From Verrucomicrobiaceae bacterium (GTDB lineage Bacteria > Verrucomicrobiota > Verrucomicrobiia > Verrucomicrobiales > Akkermansiaceae): a DNA stretch of 16,968 nt. This document shows, one piece after another, positions 1 to 7,120 of the stretch. Position 1 is the stretch's first letter; each line of letters begins with the position of its first letter. The notes beneath the pieces are model-generated. The model had not been told where the DNA came from. It ran no database searches and saw only the letters and a program-made list of their open reading frames with translations. The position numbers were made by a program, and so were the translations under genes. The stretch is from assembly GCA_051252135.1 (NCBI GenBank), contig JBPOGH010000029.1:1-16968 (forward strand), written 5' to 3'.

Positions 1-717
1 GAGGCACTTGTGGTGGGCGGGGCAGAGGCGGTGGAGTTCCTCGCCGTGGGAGTGGGAGATGACGCGGTCATCGATGCCGTGGATGATGAGGAGGGGTTGG
101 GACATTTTTTTGATGCGCTCAAGGTTGGGGAAGCGGTCGCCGGGGAAGATGGGGAAGGGGACGGCGGTGCGGAAGGCGGAGAGGAAGGGGGCGATGAGGA
201 TGACGCCGGCGTGGGATTGATTTTCGGCGAGGTAGCAGGTGGGGCCGGAGCCGACGGATTGGCCGAGGAGGATGATGCGGTTGGGCGGGTGGTTGAGGGA
301 TTGGGTGAGGTGTTGGTAGGCGGCATTGATGGCGCGGTAGGTGCCTTCCTCGCTTTTGCGGCCGGAGCTGAGTCCGTAGCCGGGGTAGTCGTAGGCGAGC
401 ATGCCGTAGCCGAGGGAGTGGAAGTCATCCATCATGGTGTGGACGGTTCTGAGGTCCTCGGCATTTCCGTGGGACCAGAGGATGACGGGCATGCCGTGGA
501 GGGGAGGACGGTAGTAGATGGAGATGGTTTCGTCCGCAGATGACCGGACGGATGAGAAGTGGGCGTTTGGCTTCTCAAAGAGGGTGCGCGGGGGCTGGAA
601 GATGAGGGCGTCGGCACCGAAGAGGGCGCAGAGGAGAAGGAGGAGGTAGATGGCGCCGATGGAGTAGAAGGGGCGTTTCCACGACCACGTTCCAAAGACG
701 ACTTTTTTCCAGTTCAC
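1..717 (-). CDS. Alpha/beta hydrolase, ABHD17/BEM46-like (3' end runs off window)
   Basis: Not in the ORF track (no stop in window). Hand translation from GTG at 717 gives MNWKKVVFGTWSWKRPFYSIGAIYLLL...ILWSHGNAED...LAYDYPGYGLSSG...IILLGQSVGSGP...LLIIHGIDDRVI. This has HGN, GxSxG nucleophile and HGxxD motifs plus an N-terminal hydrophobic anchor. Confidence 0.9.
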   Translation of the reverse strand, partial: MNWKKVVFGTWSWKRPFYSIGAIYLLLLLCALFGADALIFQPPRTLFEKPNAHFSSVRSSADETISIYYRPPLHGMPVILWSHGNAEDLRTVHTMMDDFHSLGYGMLAYDYPGYGLSSGRKSEEGTYRAINAAYQHLTQSLNHPPNRIILLGQSVGSGPTCYLAENQSHAGVILIAPFLSAFRTAVPFPIFPGDRFPNLERIKKMSQPLLIIHGIDDRVISHSHGEELHRLCPAHHKCL

Positions 718-723
718 CCTGAG

Positions 724-752
724 AGGGTCCCACCGGGAGGGTGAGGGATCAA
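724..752 (-). promoter_or_regulatory. Putative sigma70-like promoter of the hydrolase (leaderless geometry)
   Basis: TTGATC-17 nt-GACCCT, with the -10 box 6 nt before the GTG start. The -10 match is weak. Confidence 0.4.
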
Positions 753-824
753 GGAGAGAGTGGGGGCGGAGGGGTGCGGGATGTTCCCGGATGGGATCGA
801 ACGCCTCCTTTGGCCAGCGTTTCC

Positions 825-1142
825 CTAGGAGTATTTGAGGTCCTTGGAGGGATCGGTCTCGTAGTCGATGGAGTAGCTGGTGCTGGTGTGCGGCTCGATG
901 ACGACTTTGAGGAACTTGAGGTAGTTTGCATCGTCCTGGCAGATGCGTTTTTTCTCGCGGGATTCGAATTCGAGAAGGATGTAGAAGGGCCAGTCGGACT
1001 TGGGGTCGACGGTGCGACCGGTGCGGACGCTGAGGACGGGGGGGACTTTGAGGAGAAGGCTTCGCGAGGTGCGGATCATCTCTTCGATCACGGCGTCATC
1101 GACCTCCGGCTTGAGCTTGTAGAAGAGGAGATGATCAATCAT
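825..1142 (-). CDS. Dabb family (stress-responsive A/B barrel) protein
   Basis: 105 aa, N-terminal MIDHLLFYKLK, central LKVPPVLSVRTG, LLEFES and C-terminal IDY, all matching the Dabb pattern. Confidence 0.8.
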   Translation of the reverse strand: MIDHLLFYKLKPEVDDAVIEEMIRTSRSLLLKVPPVLSVRTGRTVDPKSDWPFYILLEFESREKKRICQDDANYLKFLKVVIEPHTSTSYSIDYETDPSKDLKYS

Positions 1143-1153
1143 GAGCCCGGGAG

Positions 1154-1525
1154 TTAGGACTTCCAGTCAAAGGCGCCTTTTTTGAGGGCGTAGACGTAGG
1201 CTACGGTAAGGATACCGGCGAAGCAGGCAAAGCTCCAGAGGACCATGCCGCTTTCCCTGATCATGTCCTTGAAGACGAGGGCCCAGGGGTAGGAGAAGAC
1301 GACCTCGATATCGAAGATGACGAAGAGCATGGCGACGAGGTAGAATTTGACGCTGAAGCGCGGGGCGCCTTCGCCAATGGGGAGCATGCCGCACTCGTAA
1401 GGGGTGTTTTTGATTTTGGATTCCCGCCCTTTTTTACCGAGAGCAACGCTGAGGATGAGGGCAATGGCCGCGAAGCCGATGGCTGCGATGGCCTGGAGAA
1501 CTACGGGGATATAATCGGACGCCAT
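1154..1525 (-). CDS. nuoA: NADH-quinone oxidoreductase subunit A
   Basis: From ATG 1525 (MASDYIPVVLQ): KNTPYECG, RFSVKFYLVAMLFVIFDIEVVF and KKGAFDW motifs, 3 TM segments, 123 aa. The upstream extension in the ORF track is probably not real. Confidence 0.95.
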   Translation of the reverse strand: MASDYIPVVLQAIAAIGFAAIALILSVALGKKGRESKIKNTPYECGMLPIGEGAPRFSVKFYLVAMLFVIFDIEVVFSYPWALVFKDMIRESGMVLWSFACFAGILTVAYVYALKKGAFDWKS

Positions 1526-1573
1526 GTCGAGTGAAGAGGTTGGACGGGGAATAGACCGGATTGGTCGTTTGGG

Positions 1574-1610
1574 AAAGAAAATTGCCCGTGTCGGGCTGAC
1601 ACGGGCAATT
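1574..1610 (-). terminator. Intrinsic terminator downstream of the 102-aa gene
   Basis: Perfect 13-bp stem AATTGCCCGTGTC (1580-1592)/GACACGGGCAATT (1598-1610), followed on the minus strand by TTCTTT. Confidence 0.75.
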
Positions 1611-1670
1611 AAAAGTTTCGTTGCTGGTAAAACCAACATCTATTTTGGCGAATCTCGCCAAAACTTTAAT

Positions 1671-1979
1671 CTAGGAAGCTTCCTGCTTGGCGATGTTGTC
1701 GCTGTGAGCTTCTTCGATCCGGTCGAGACCGCGGTATTCCTTACCGTCTTTTTCGACGAGGCCACGGGTGACGAGGTTCTGGAGTTTCTCGTAAGCGCGC
1801 AAGCGGAGCATTTCTTCGCCACCGCTGACAGCATTACGCTCCTTGAGTCGCTCGTAGACGTCCTCAAAGAGTTCGTTAAATCCGAAGAGTTTATCATTTC
1901 CGCCGAGCACGTTGACAAGTTCGTCGGTCACATGATCAGGAAGCCGACGCGAAAAACGTGTTCTTTTTGTAGTTGCCAT
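1671..1979 (-). CDS. Hypothetical protein, possible winged-helix DNA-binding protein
   Basis: 102-aa ORF with native codon use, an AT-rich upstream region and a downstream terminator. Helical segments followed by GLVEKDGKEYR resemble a wHTH wing (inference). Confidence 0.75.
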   Translation of the reverse strand: MATTKRTRFSRRLPDHVTDELVNVLGGNDKLFGFNELFEDVYERLKERNAVSGGEEMLRLRAYEKLQNLVTRGLVEKDGKEYRGLDRIEEAHSDNIAKQEAS

Positions 1980-2123
1980 AACGACATGACAATAGCAGCA
2001 AAGTGGAACAAAAGCGACCGAAAAAGTTCACACTACAGCTAATTTTTTTTATTCTTGCAAGCTGAAAAGTAAAGTTTTCTGAACAGATACCCGAGTTTTC
2101 GTTGATGCGTGAGGCAAAGAAGC

Positions 2124-2152
2124 TTGAAGGAAGGGCGGGATGTTCTTAATTT
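2124..2152 (+). promoter_or_regulatory. Putative sigma70 promoter of ruvA (leaderless geometry)
   Basis: TTGAAG-17 nt-TAATTT, ending 7 nt before ATG 2160. Confidence 0.55.
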
Positions 2153-2159
2153 CCTTGAA

Positions 2160-2744
2160 ATGATTACCCGTCTAAAAGGTGAAGTTTGGGAAGCTCTTCC
2201 GGGGCGGGTGGTGGTTGGTGCCGGTGGAGTGGGCTATCAGGTGCTGGTTCCGATGTCGACATATGACAAATTGAACCCTGTGGAGGGTGAAAAAATCGAC
2301 CTTCGGACATATCAACACGTGAGAGAAAACTCGCTGACACTTTTTGGATTCGCGAATGAGGAGGAGCGGGATGTTTTTTTGCTGCTGATTGATCGGGTGA
2401 GCGGGATTGGACCGGCGATTGCGATGGCGGTGTTGAGCGGGATGCCGGTGGGGCATTTTAAGCAGGTGGTGGTGTCGGGAGATGCTACGGCGATGTCGAA
2501 GATCAAGGGGATTGGAAAGAAAACGGCGGAGCGGATTATTTTGGAGCTGAAGGACAAGGTGGGAGTGGTGCAGACCTGGGAGCAGACGAGTGACCGGAGT
2601 GATGCGGCGCGAGATGCGGAGATGGGTCTGATGGCGCTTGGGTTCAAGCAGGCGGATGCGCGCAAGGCGGTGGATTCGGCGCTGAAGGAGAATCCGGGGG
2701 CGGATAGTGGTGAGATTATCCGGATTGGGTTGCGGGGCAGTTGA
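2160..2744 (+). CDS. ruvA: Holliday junction branch migration protein RuvA
   Basis: MITRLKG start, GGVGY, HVRE..LFGF, VSGIGP, KIKGIGKKTAERIILELKDK HhH motifs and C-terminal LMALGF. Confidence 0.97.
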   Translation: MITRLKGEVWEALPGRVVVGAGGVGYQVLVPMSTYDKLNPVEGEKIDLRTYQHVRENSLTLFGFANEEERDVFLLLIDRVSGIGPAIAMAVLSGMPVGHFKQVVVSGDATAMSKIKGIGKKTAERIILELKDKVGVVQTWEQTSDRSDAARDAEMGLMALGFKQADARKAVDSALKENPGADSGEIIRIGLRGS

Positions 2745-2863
2745 GTTAAGGGGCTGCGAGCTATCGAGCCGGGGGTATTTTTGGCGATTGGGGTTTAGCT
2801 TGTGTTTGCGAGCCTGCGGCTCGGGTTGATTTTTTTGGGGGGTGGTTGAGGAGATGTTCGTAC

Positions 2864-2902
2864 AAAAAACGACCGCTCCGTTTCCGGGGCGGTCGTTGTT
2901 TT
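2864..2902 (-). terminator. Intrinsic terminator after tsf (possibly bidirectional with ruvA)
   Basis: Minus strand AACGACCGCCCCG-GAAA-CGGAGCGGTCGTT followed by TTTT. The plus strand has GTTTT after the stem. Confidence 0.8.
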
Positions 2903-2925
2903 AAGGATTGGGATCTTAAAGTTAT

Positions 2926-3792
2926 TTACTCGCCGAGTCCGAAGCGGACGAAGCGGGTGACGACGAGGTTGTCGCCGAGTTCTTTGGACTTGGCAGCAAG
3001 GAGGGCCTTGATGGTGGTGTCCGGCTCTTTGATGAAGCCTTGTTCGAGGAGGCAACGCTCGGAGTAGAACTTGGTGAGTTTTCCTTCGATGATCTTTTCG
3101 AGGATGTCGGCAGGCTTGCCGGCACCTTCCATCTGCTTGCGGAAGATGTCCTTTTCGGCCTCGACGAGGTCGGCGGGGATGTCCTCGCGGTTGAGTCCGG
3201 CTGGAGCGGAGGCTGCGATGTGAAGGGTGAGGTCCTTGACGACATCACGGAAGGAATCGCTTTGAGCGGAGTCGGCCTTGTCGGCACTGACTTCGATGAG
3301 GACGCCGACCTTGCCACCCATGTGGATGTAGGACGCGACGGCACCTTCACCATCGACGGAGAGGCGTTCGACGCGACGCAGCTTGAGGTTTTCGCCCATC
3401 TCGAGGACCTTGGTTTTGATGAACTCGTCGAGGGAGCCTTCTCCCTTGGGAAGGGCGAGGGCTTCTTCGGCGTTGCCGGCATTGCTGGCGGCGACGGTGT
3501 CGAGGATGTCCTTTACGAAGGCCTGGAAGTTGTCGTTTTTGGCGACGAAGTCGGTCTCGCAGTTGATTTCGATGAGGACGCCGGTCTTGGCGGCTTCATC
3601 GATGTGAGCGGCGACGATGCCTTCCTTGGCTTCGCGGTCTGCCTTCTTCACTGCTTTGGCCTGGCCTTTTTCGCGGAGGAGCTTGACGGCTGCTTCGAGG
3701 TCGCCGTTGGTTTCCTTGAGGGCGTTCTTGCACTCCATCATGCCCACACCGGTGGCTTCACGGAGTTCTTTAACGAGAGATGCGGTAATCAT
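2926..3792 (-). CDS. tsf: Translation elongation factor Ts
   Basis: ITASLVKELREATGVGMMECKNAL, EINCETDFVAKN, YIHMGGKVGVL, RFVRFGLGE; lies directly downstream of rpsB. Confidence 0.98.
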   Translation of the reverse strand: MITASLVKELREATGVGMMECKNALKETNGDLEAAVKLLREKGQAKAVKKADREAKEGIVAAHIDEAAKTGVLIEINCETDFVAKNDNFQAFVKDILDTVAASNAGNAEEALALPKGEGSLDEFIKTKVLEMGENLKLRRVERLSVDGEGAVASYIHMGGKVGVLIEVSADKADSAQSDSFRDVVKDLTLHIAASAPAGLNREDIPADLVEAEKDIFRKQMEGAGKPADILEKIIEGKLTKFYSERCLLEQGFIKEPDTTIKALLAAKSKELGDNLVVTRFVRFGLGE

Positions 3793-3827
3793 AAGTCGTT
3801 TCTACAGAGTAGGGTTTAGGTGAGAGC

Positions 3828-4514
3828 TTAGCTCTTGGCACCGACGACGATTCCGTCGACGAGGTGCTGGAGGACGATGCGGATTGAGCGCATGGCGTCG
3901 TCGTTTGCAGGGATGGGGAATTTCACCTTGGTGGGGTCTCCGTTGGTATCGACGATGCCGATGACGGGGATGTTGAGGCGCTGGGCCTCTGCCACGGCGA
4001 TGGATTCCTTGGCGACGTCGACGATGACGAGGGCGTCGGGCTTTTCTTCCATATCGCGGACTCCGTGAAGGTTGCGCTGGAGTTTCTCTTTCTCACGAGC
4101 GAGGGCGGAGAGTTCCTTTTTGGACATGGCCTTGAATTCAGGCTGCTTCTCGATGTTTTCGAGGTATTTCATGCGGGCGACCGACTTACGGATGGTCGTG
4201 AGGTTGGTCATGGTGCCGCCGAGCCAGCGGTGGTTGACGTAAAGTTGTCCGGTAGCTTCAGCGGCTTCTTTGACAGCGGCCTGGGCTTGGCGCTTACATC
4301 CGACGAAGAGAATCTTCTTGTTCTTGGATGCGGCGATCTTGGAGAGGAATTCAGAGGCCTTATCGAGGCACTGAACGGTCTTTTCGAGGTCGATGATGTA
4401 GATTCCTCCCTTGTCCTTCATGAGGTAGGGCTTCATCTTGGGATTCCATTTCTTGGTCTGGTGACCGTAGTGGACACCAGCCTCGACCATCTCTTTAACG
4501 AGTTCGTTAATCAT
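3828..4514 (-). CDS. rpsB: 30S ribosomal protein S2
   Basis: From ATG 4514: EAGVHYGHQTKKWNPKM, IIDL, RWLGGTMTN, IVDTN, IPANDDAMRSI; 228 aa. Confidence 0.98.
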   Translation of the reverse strand: MINELVKEMVEAGVHYGHQTKKWNPKMKPYLMKDKGGIYIIDLEKTVQCLDKASEFLSKIAASKNKKILFVGCKRQAQAAVKEAAEATGQLYVNHRWLGGTMTNLTTIRKSVARMKYLENIEKQPEFKAMSKKELSALAREKEKLQRNLHGVRDMEEKPDALVIVDVAKESIAVAEAQRLNIPVIGIVDTNGDPTKVKFPIPANDDAMRSIRIVLQHLVDGIVVGAKS

Positions 4515-4620
4515 TTTGTATTGGTCCTGCGTTAAAGCACACAGGCGCTGTGGTTGGGAAACTGCCGCATGGCCCCTTTTCAAGTTTCCCGTTGTTTTCA
4601 CGGCGGCGAGGAGAAGGGGC
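4515..4620 (-). promoter_or_regulatory. Structured rpsB 5' leader (candidate S2 autoregulatory element)
   Basis: 8-bp stem GGGAAACT/AGTTTCCC (4556-4563 with 4583-4590). Its loop contains AAGGGGC, complementary to the 5' GCCCCTT (4614-4620). A second stem CCTGTGT/ACGCAGG lies near the start codon. Confidence 0.5.
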
Positions 4621-4624
4621 GCGC

Positions 4625-4653
4625 GTGTTACGGGGAAAAGGCGGGAATGGCAA
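4625..4653 (-). promoter_or_regulatory. Putative sigma70 promoter of rpsB-tsf
   Basis: TTGCCA (4648-4653)-17 nt-TAACAC (4625-4630). Confidence 0.6.
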
Positions 4654-4903
4654 GAATGTTTTTGGTTGGTTGGAGGGAGATCGGGTGGTTGGCACAGCCG
4701 ACCGGAATTCAACGCGAGACCGCCTCTGTGAGCCGGGTGCGATGGTGATTTGGTTGAATTGGGGTGTTTTTTCCTTGGCCTGATCGCTCTGGAGGGAAGA
4801 GGGGGGCTTGAATTTTGGCGGAGTGGTTGGGTGATCAATGGAATTTCCAAGGCCTGGGAAGGGGGAAATAGGGGGGATTGCCTTCAATCCCTGCCTTCCT
4901 GAT

Positions 4904-5529
4904 ATCCAGCGGGCTCTTCACCCTCGGTTGTTCCCGATTTGGGCGGCGTGGGCGTAGATTTGATGCTGTGGCACTCCTGCGGAGCACGTCGCTAGCGCTC
5001 CTGTCCATCTCGCGGCTCTCGGTTCCGTAGTGGTGACATCCGCATGGCCGAGGAGTTCCTGAAGGGTGCGGATGTCGGTTCCACGGTCGAGAAGGTGGGT
5101 GGCGAAGCTGTGGGAAAAGGCGTGGCTGGTGACACGTTTGCGATTCCGGCTTTTTCTGCGGCTCTCTTAATTGCGCCTGAATACGCTTTGTCGTGGAGGT
5201 GGTGTCTCCGCCGGATTTTGCTTAGCGGGTCGTTGGAGAGTTGGGCACCGGGGAAAGCCCACATCAAGGCCCGGGATTCGCCAGCCTTGGAAAACCTGCG
5301 AGCAAGGCTCCCTCGGAGAGCGACGCCGGGGACGCCTTCCGAGTGGTCTTTTTCCCAGAGGAGGCGGGCTTGGGCGAGTTGGTTGGTGAGTGTCTCTTTG
5401 AGGCTATCGGGGACGATGGTGACGCGGTCGCGGTCTCCTTTTCCGCCCCTGACGGTGAGGAAGCCGCGCTCGAGATCGAGGTCTTTGACGCGTAGTGACA
5501 CGAGTTCGTTTAGGCGAACACCGGAGCCG
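4904..5529 (-). pseudogene. intI: Integron integrase pseudogene (C-terminal catalytic half only)
   Basis: GSGVRLNELVSLRVKDLD, VRGGKGDRDRVT and the IntI-specific insert (GVAL..LARRFSKAGES...WAFP..LSNDPLSKIRRRHH). After a frameshift at ~5140 it reads [39 protein letters not shown], then a 21-codon insert, then IYAH. After a second frameshift at ~4922 it reads VKSPLD. The N-terminal half is absent and the HxxR Arg reads Ser. Confidence 0.92.
4960..5022 (-). mobile_element. 63-bp in-frame hairpin insertion in intI (candidate small non-autonomous element)
   Basis: Separates ACT ACG GAA (TTE) from ATC TAC GCC CAC (IYAH), which are contiguous in tyrosine recombinases. Sequence CCGAGAGCCGCG...GGAGCGCTAGCGACGTGCTCCGCAGGAGTGCCACAGCATCAA, with overlapping hairpins. 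Confidence 0.6.
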
Positions 5530-5650
5530 GCTGTGGATGGCAGCACACACTGGCCTTTTTGTTAGCGATGATTTCCGGTAACTTGAATCCCAACCCCGCG
5601 TTCGGCGCTGGCCCCTGCTCGTGGGGTTGCCATCCCTTTGGGCGTTCGAT
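5530..5650 (+). other. attC-like recombination site, left end (R'') apparently lost
   Basis: Inverted arms GGATGGCAGC (5535-5544) and GTTGCCATCC (5626-5635) ~80 nt apart. These are followed by a GTT core (GTTCGAT 5644-5650) and an ATG 10 nt later. Directly abuts intI, which is on the opposite strand. Confidence 0.65.
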
Positions 5651-5660
5651 AGAGAAAAAA

Positions 5661-6332
5661 ATGCGCCCATTTACACCGAGTCAGATCGTCATTGGAGGAT
5701 GCCTTTTGGCATTTGGTGCGTCGTTCTTGAATACGGGGTTTCTCCTTTCGACAGGAACATCTGTCAGCCATCTCACCGGAGATATTGCCAGGATTGGATC
5801 GGGTCTCTTGACTCTTGGGAATGCCGATGGCTTTCACATTGTGAACGTGGTGACGGCGACGCTGGGGTTTATTCTGGGGGCGATAATTTCCGGGTTCTTG
5901 CTCCATCATCCTTCACTTGAAATTAGTAAGCCCTATGGTCGGGTTCTATCTGCTTTGGGGATTTTTCTAATCGCAGCGCATTGTTCATACCGCAATTTTC
6001 CTATTCTCTCGATTGCCATCGCCAGTGCGGTTTGTGGTGCGCAGAATGCGCTAGCCAGTCGCTACCGGGGCATTGTGTTGCGAACGACCCATTTGACAGG
6101 TCTGTTTACGGATTTCGGCATTCATTTGGGAATGAAGCTACGGGGACACAAGGTCGACGCCTGGAAGTTGTCGATACCGATTGTTATTACATTTTCTTTC
6201 TTGCTCGGCGCGATTGCCAGCAGTGCTTTGGTCCTAGCCGATCAGGACAATTGGATGCTTGTCGCAGGCACAGGATACCTTTTTGGTGGGATTTCCTGGA
6301 GCGTTTACAAGAGAACCAAAAGGGTTGCATAG
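5661..6332 (+). CDS. YoaK/DUF1275 family membrane protein (integron cassette)
   Basis: Multi-TM protein with SVSHLTGD, GAQNA and LRTTHLTGLFTDFG motifs. Visibly more AT-rich and less G-skewed than flanking plus-strand genes, and bracketed by attC-like sites. Confidence 0.85.
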   Translation: MRPFTPSQIVIGGCLLAFGASFLNTGFLLSTGTSVSHLTGDIARIGSGLLTLGNADGFHIVNVVTATLGFILGAIISGFLLHHPSLEISKPYGRVLSALGIFLIAAHCSYRNFPILSIAIASAVCGAQNALASRYRGIVLRTTHLTGLFTDFGIHLGMKLRGHKVDAWKLSIPIVITFSFLLGAIASSALVLADQDNWMLVAGTGYLFGGISWSVYKRTKRVA

Positions 6333-6450
6333 GATGGAGCTGGAGAAACACCGATCCGCCGCGAGTTTGAATGGTCACGGTAGTTACAACCACGAACCTG
6401 CCCACAAGAGGGCGTTCTTGGCTGGTGCTGACTGCGCTCTGGCGTAAACT
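6327..6450 (+). other. Degenerate attC-like site
   Basis: Follows the DUF1275 stop. Residual arms GAGC-8 nt-CACC and GGTG-8 nt-GCTC. Aligns by eye with the 5530-5650 site (CGGTA..T..AA.C.C.A.CC.GC ... CT.T(G)GGCGT). The core reads GGCGTAAAC instead of GTT; the next ATG is at 6457. Confidence 0.45.
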
Positions 6451-6456
6451 TTCACA

Positions 6457-6948
6457 ATGAAGATGCCATTTTACCCGACTGGAGGAGTCTGGTTGCGAGC
6501 CCTGTTTGCGGTCGTTATGGTTTTCGGATTCACGGGGTGTGTTGCGATGGTGCCTTCGGGTTCCAAGGGGACGAGTGAGCTGTCGTCGACTGCGGTGGGT
6601 GCGATGCCGAAGCGTATTGCGATCAGGGCGAAGCGGGATCAGGTTGACGATGCGGTGAGCCGCTTGTTGGGGACGGAGCTGCGGGCACTGGGGTTTTCCG
6701 TTGTGAAGCAAGAGGGTGGAGCGGAGGGGATTGTTGTGGTGGAGGTGAGGTATTCCGATTTTGCGCCGGTTCATTTGGGGCTTGTTCTTACCCGTGCGGG
6801 GACGGGGGAGGTGCTTTGGAGGGCCCGGGTTTCCCGGGAGTGGGATGTTTATACGAGTATCATTGGGGCATCGGAGAGCAATGTGAGGGGGGCGATGAAG
6901 CTGCTTCGGCGGGATTTGGGATTGAAGGACGGGGTTACGGGGAGTTGA
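6457..6948 (+). CDS. Hypothetical lipoprotein (possible old cassette)
   Basis: Signal peptide LRALFAVVMVFGFTG|C with a lipobox; C-terminal TGEVLWRA beta-strand motif as seen in small lipoprotein folds. Confidence 0.75.
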   Translation: MKMPFYPTGGVWLRALFAVVMVFGFTGCVAMVPSGSKGTSELSSTAVGAMPKRIAIRAKRDQVDDAVSRLLGTELRALGFSVVKQEGGAEGIVVVEVRYSDFAPVHLGLVLTRAGTGEVLWRARVSREWDVYTSIIGASESNVRGAMKLLRRDLGLKDGVTGS

Positions 6949-7120
6949 GGGTGTCGATCTATGTTTTGGGGCGTGATCGATCTCGCTTTGCGGGGACGGT
7001 TGTGATAGGTCTTGTGGGAGCGTGAATTGATTTGGTGATGCTGCGGAAGTAGATCCCTGAGCCCGGAGCGGGTGAGCGGGGATTCGCGGTGACACTTTGG
7101 TTCACTGACCGTCGTCTTTT

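Noticed and set aside
10..543. 177-aa plus-strand ORF and other long antisense ORFs (741-1157, 3040-3819, 6187-7095, 9282-10166, 11225-12286, 13104-13844)
   Set aside because: Shadow frames of well-supported genes on the opposite strand; biased composition and no motifs.
4515..4850. 112-aa N-terminal extension of RpsB in the ORF track (likewise extensions of NuoA, RuvA, MurG, DUF1275)
   Set aside because: Similarity begins at the downstream start, and most extensions run through promoter, terminator or attC-like sequence.
4660..4900. tRNA or other RNA gene or att site between the rpsB promoter and the intI end
   Set aside because: No cloverleaf, T-loop motif, convincing stem or direct repeat found by eye.
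4992..5546. 184-aa ORF as a functional short integrase
   Set aside because: Its C-terminus is out of frame after ~5140, so it lacks the HxxR, His and Tyr catalytic motifs; the N-terminal domain is also missing.
5561..5567. GTTAGCG as an attI core site
   Set aside because: It lies inside the loop between the two attC-like arms, has no partner L box, and the region that would hold attI appears deleted.
6949..7120. Third attC after the lipoprotein gene
   Set aside because: Only a loose hairpin at ~7053-7083; no AAC/GTT boxes and no similarity to the other two sites.
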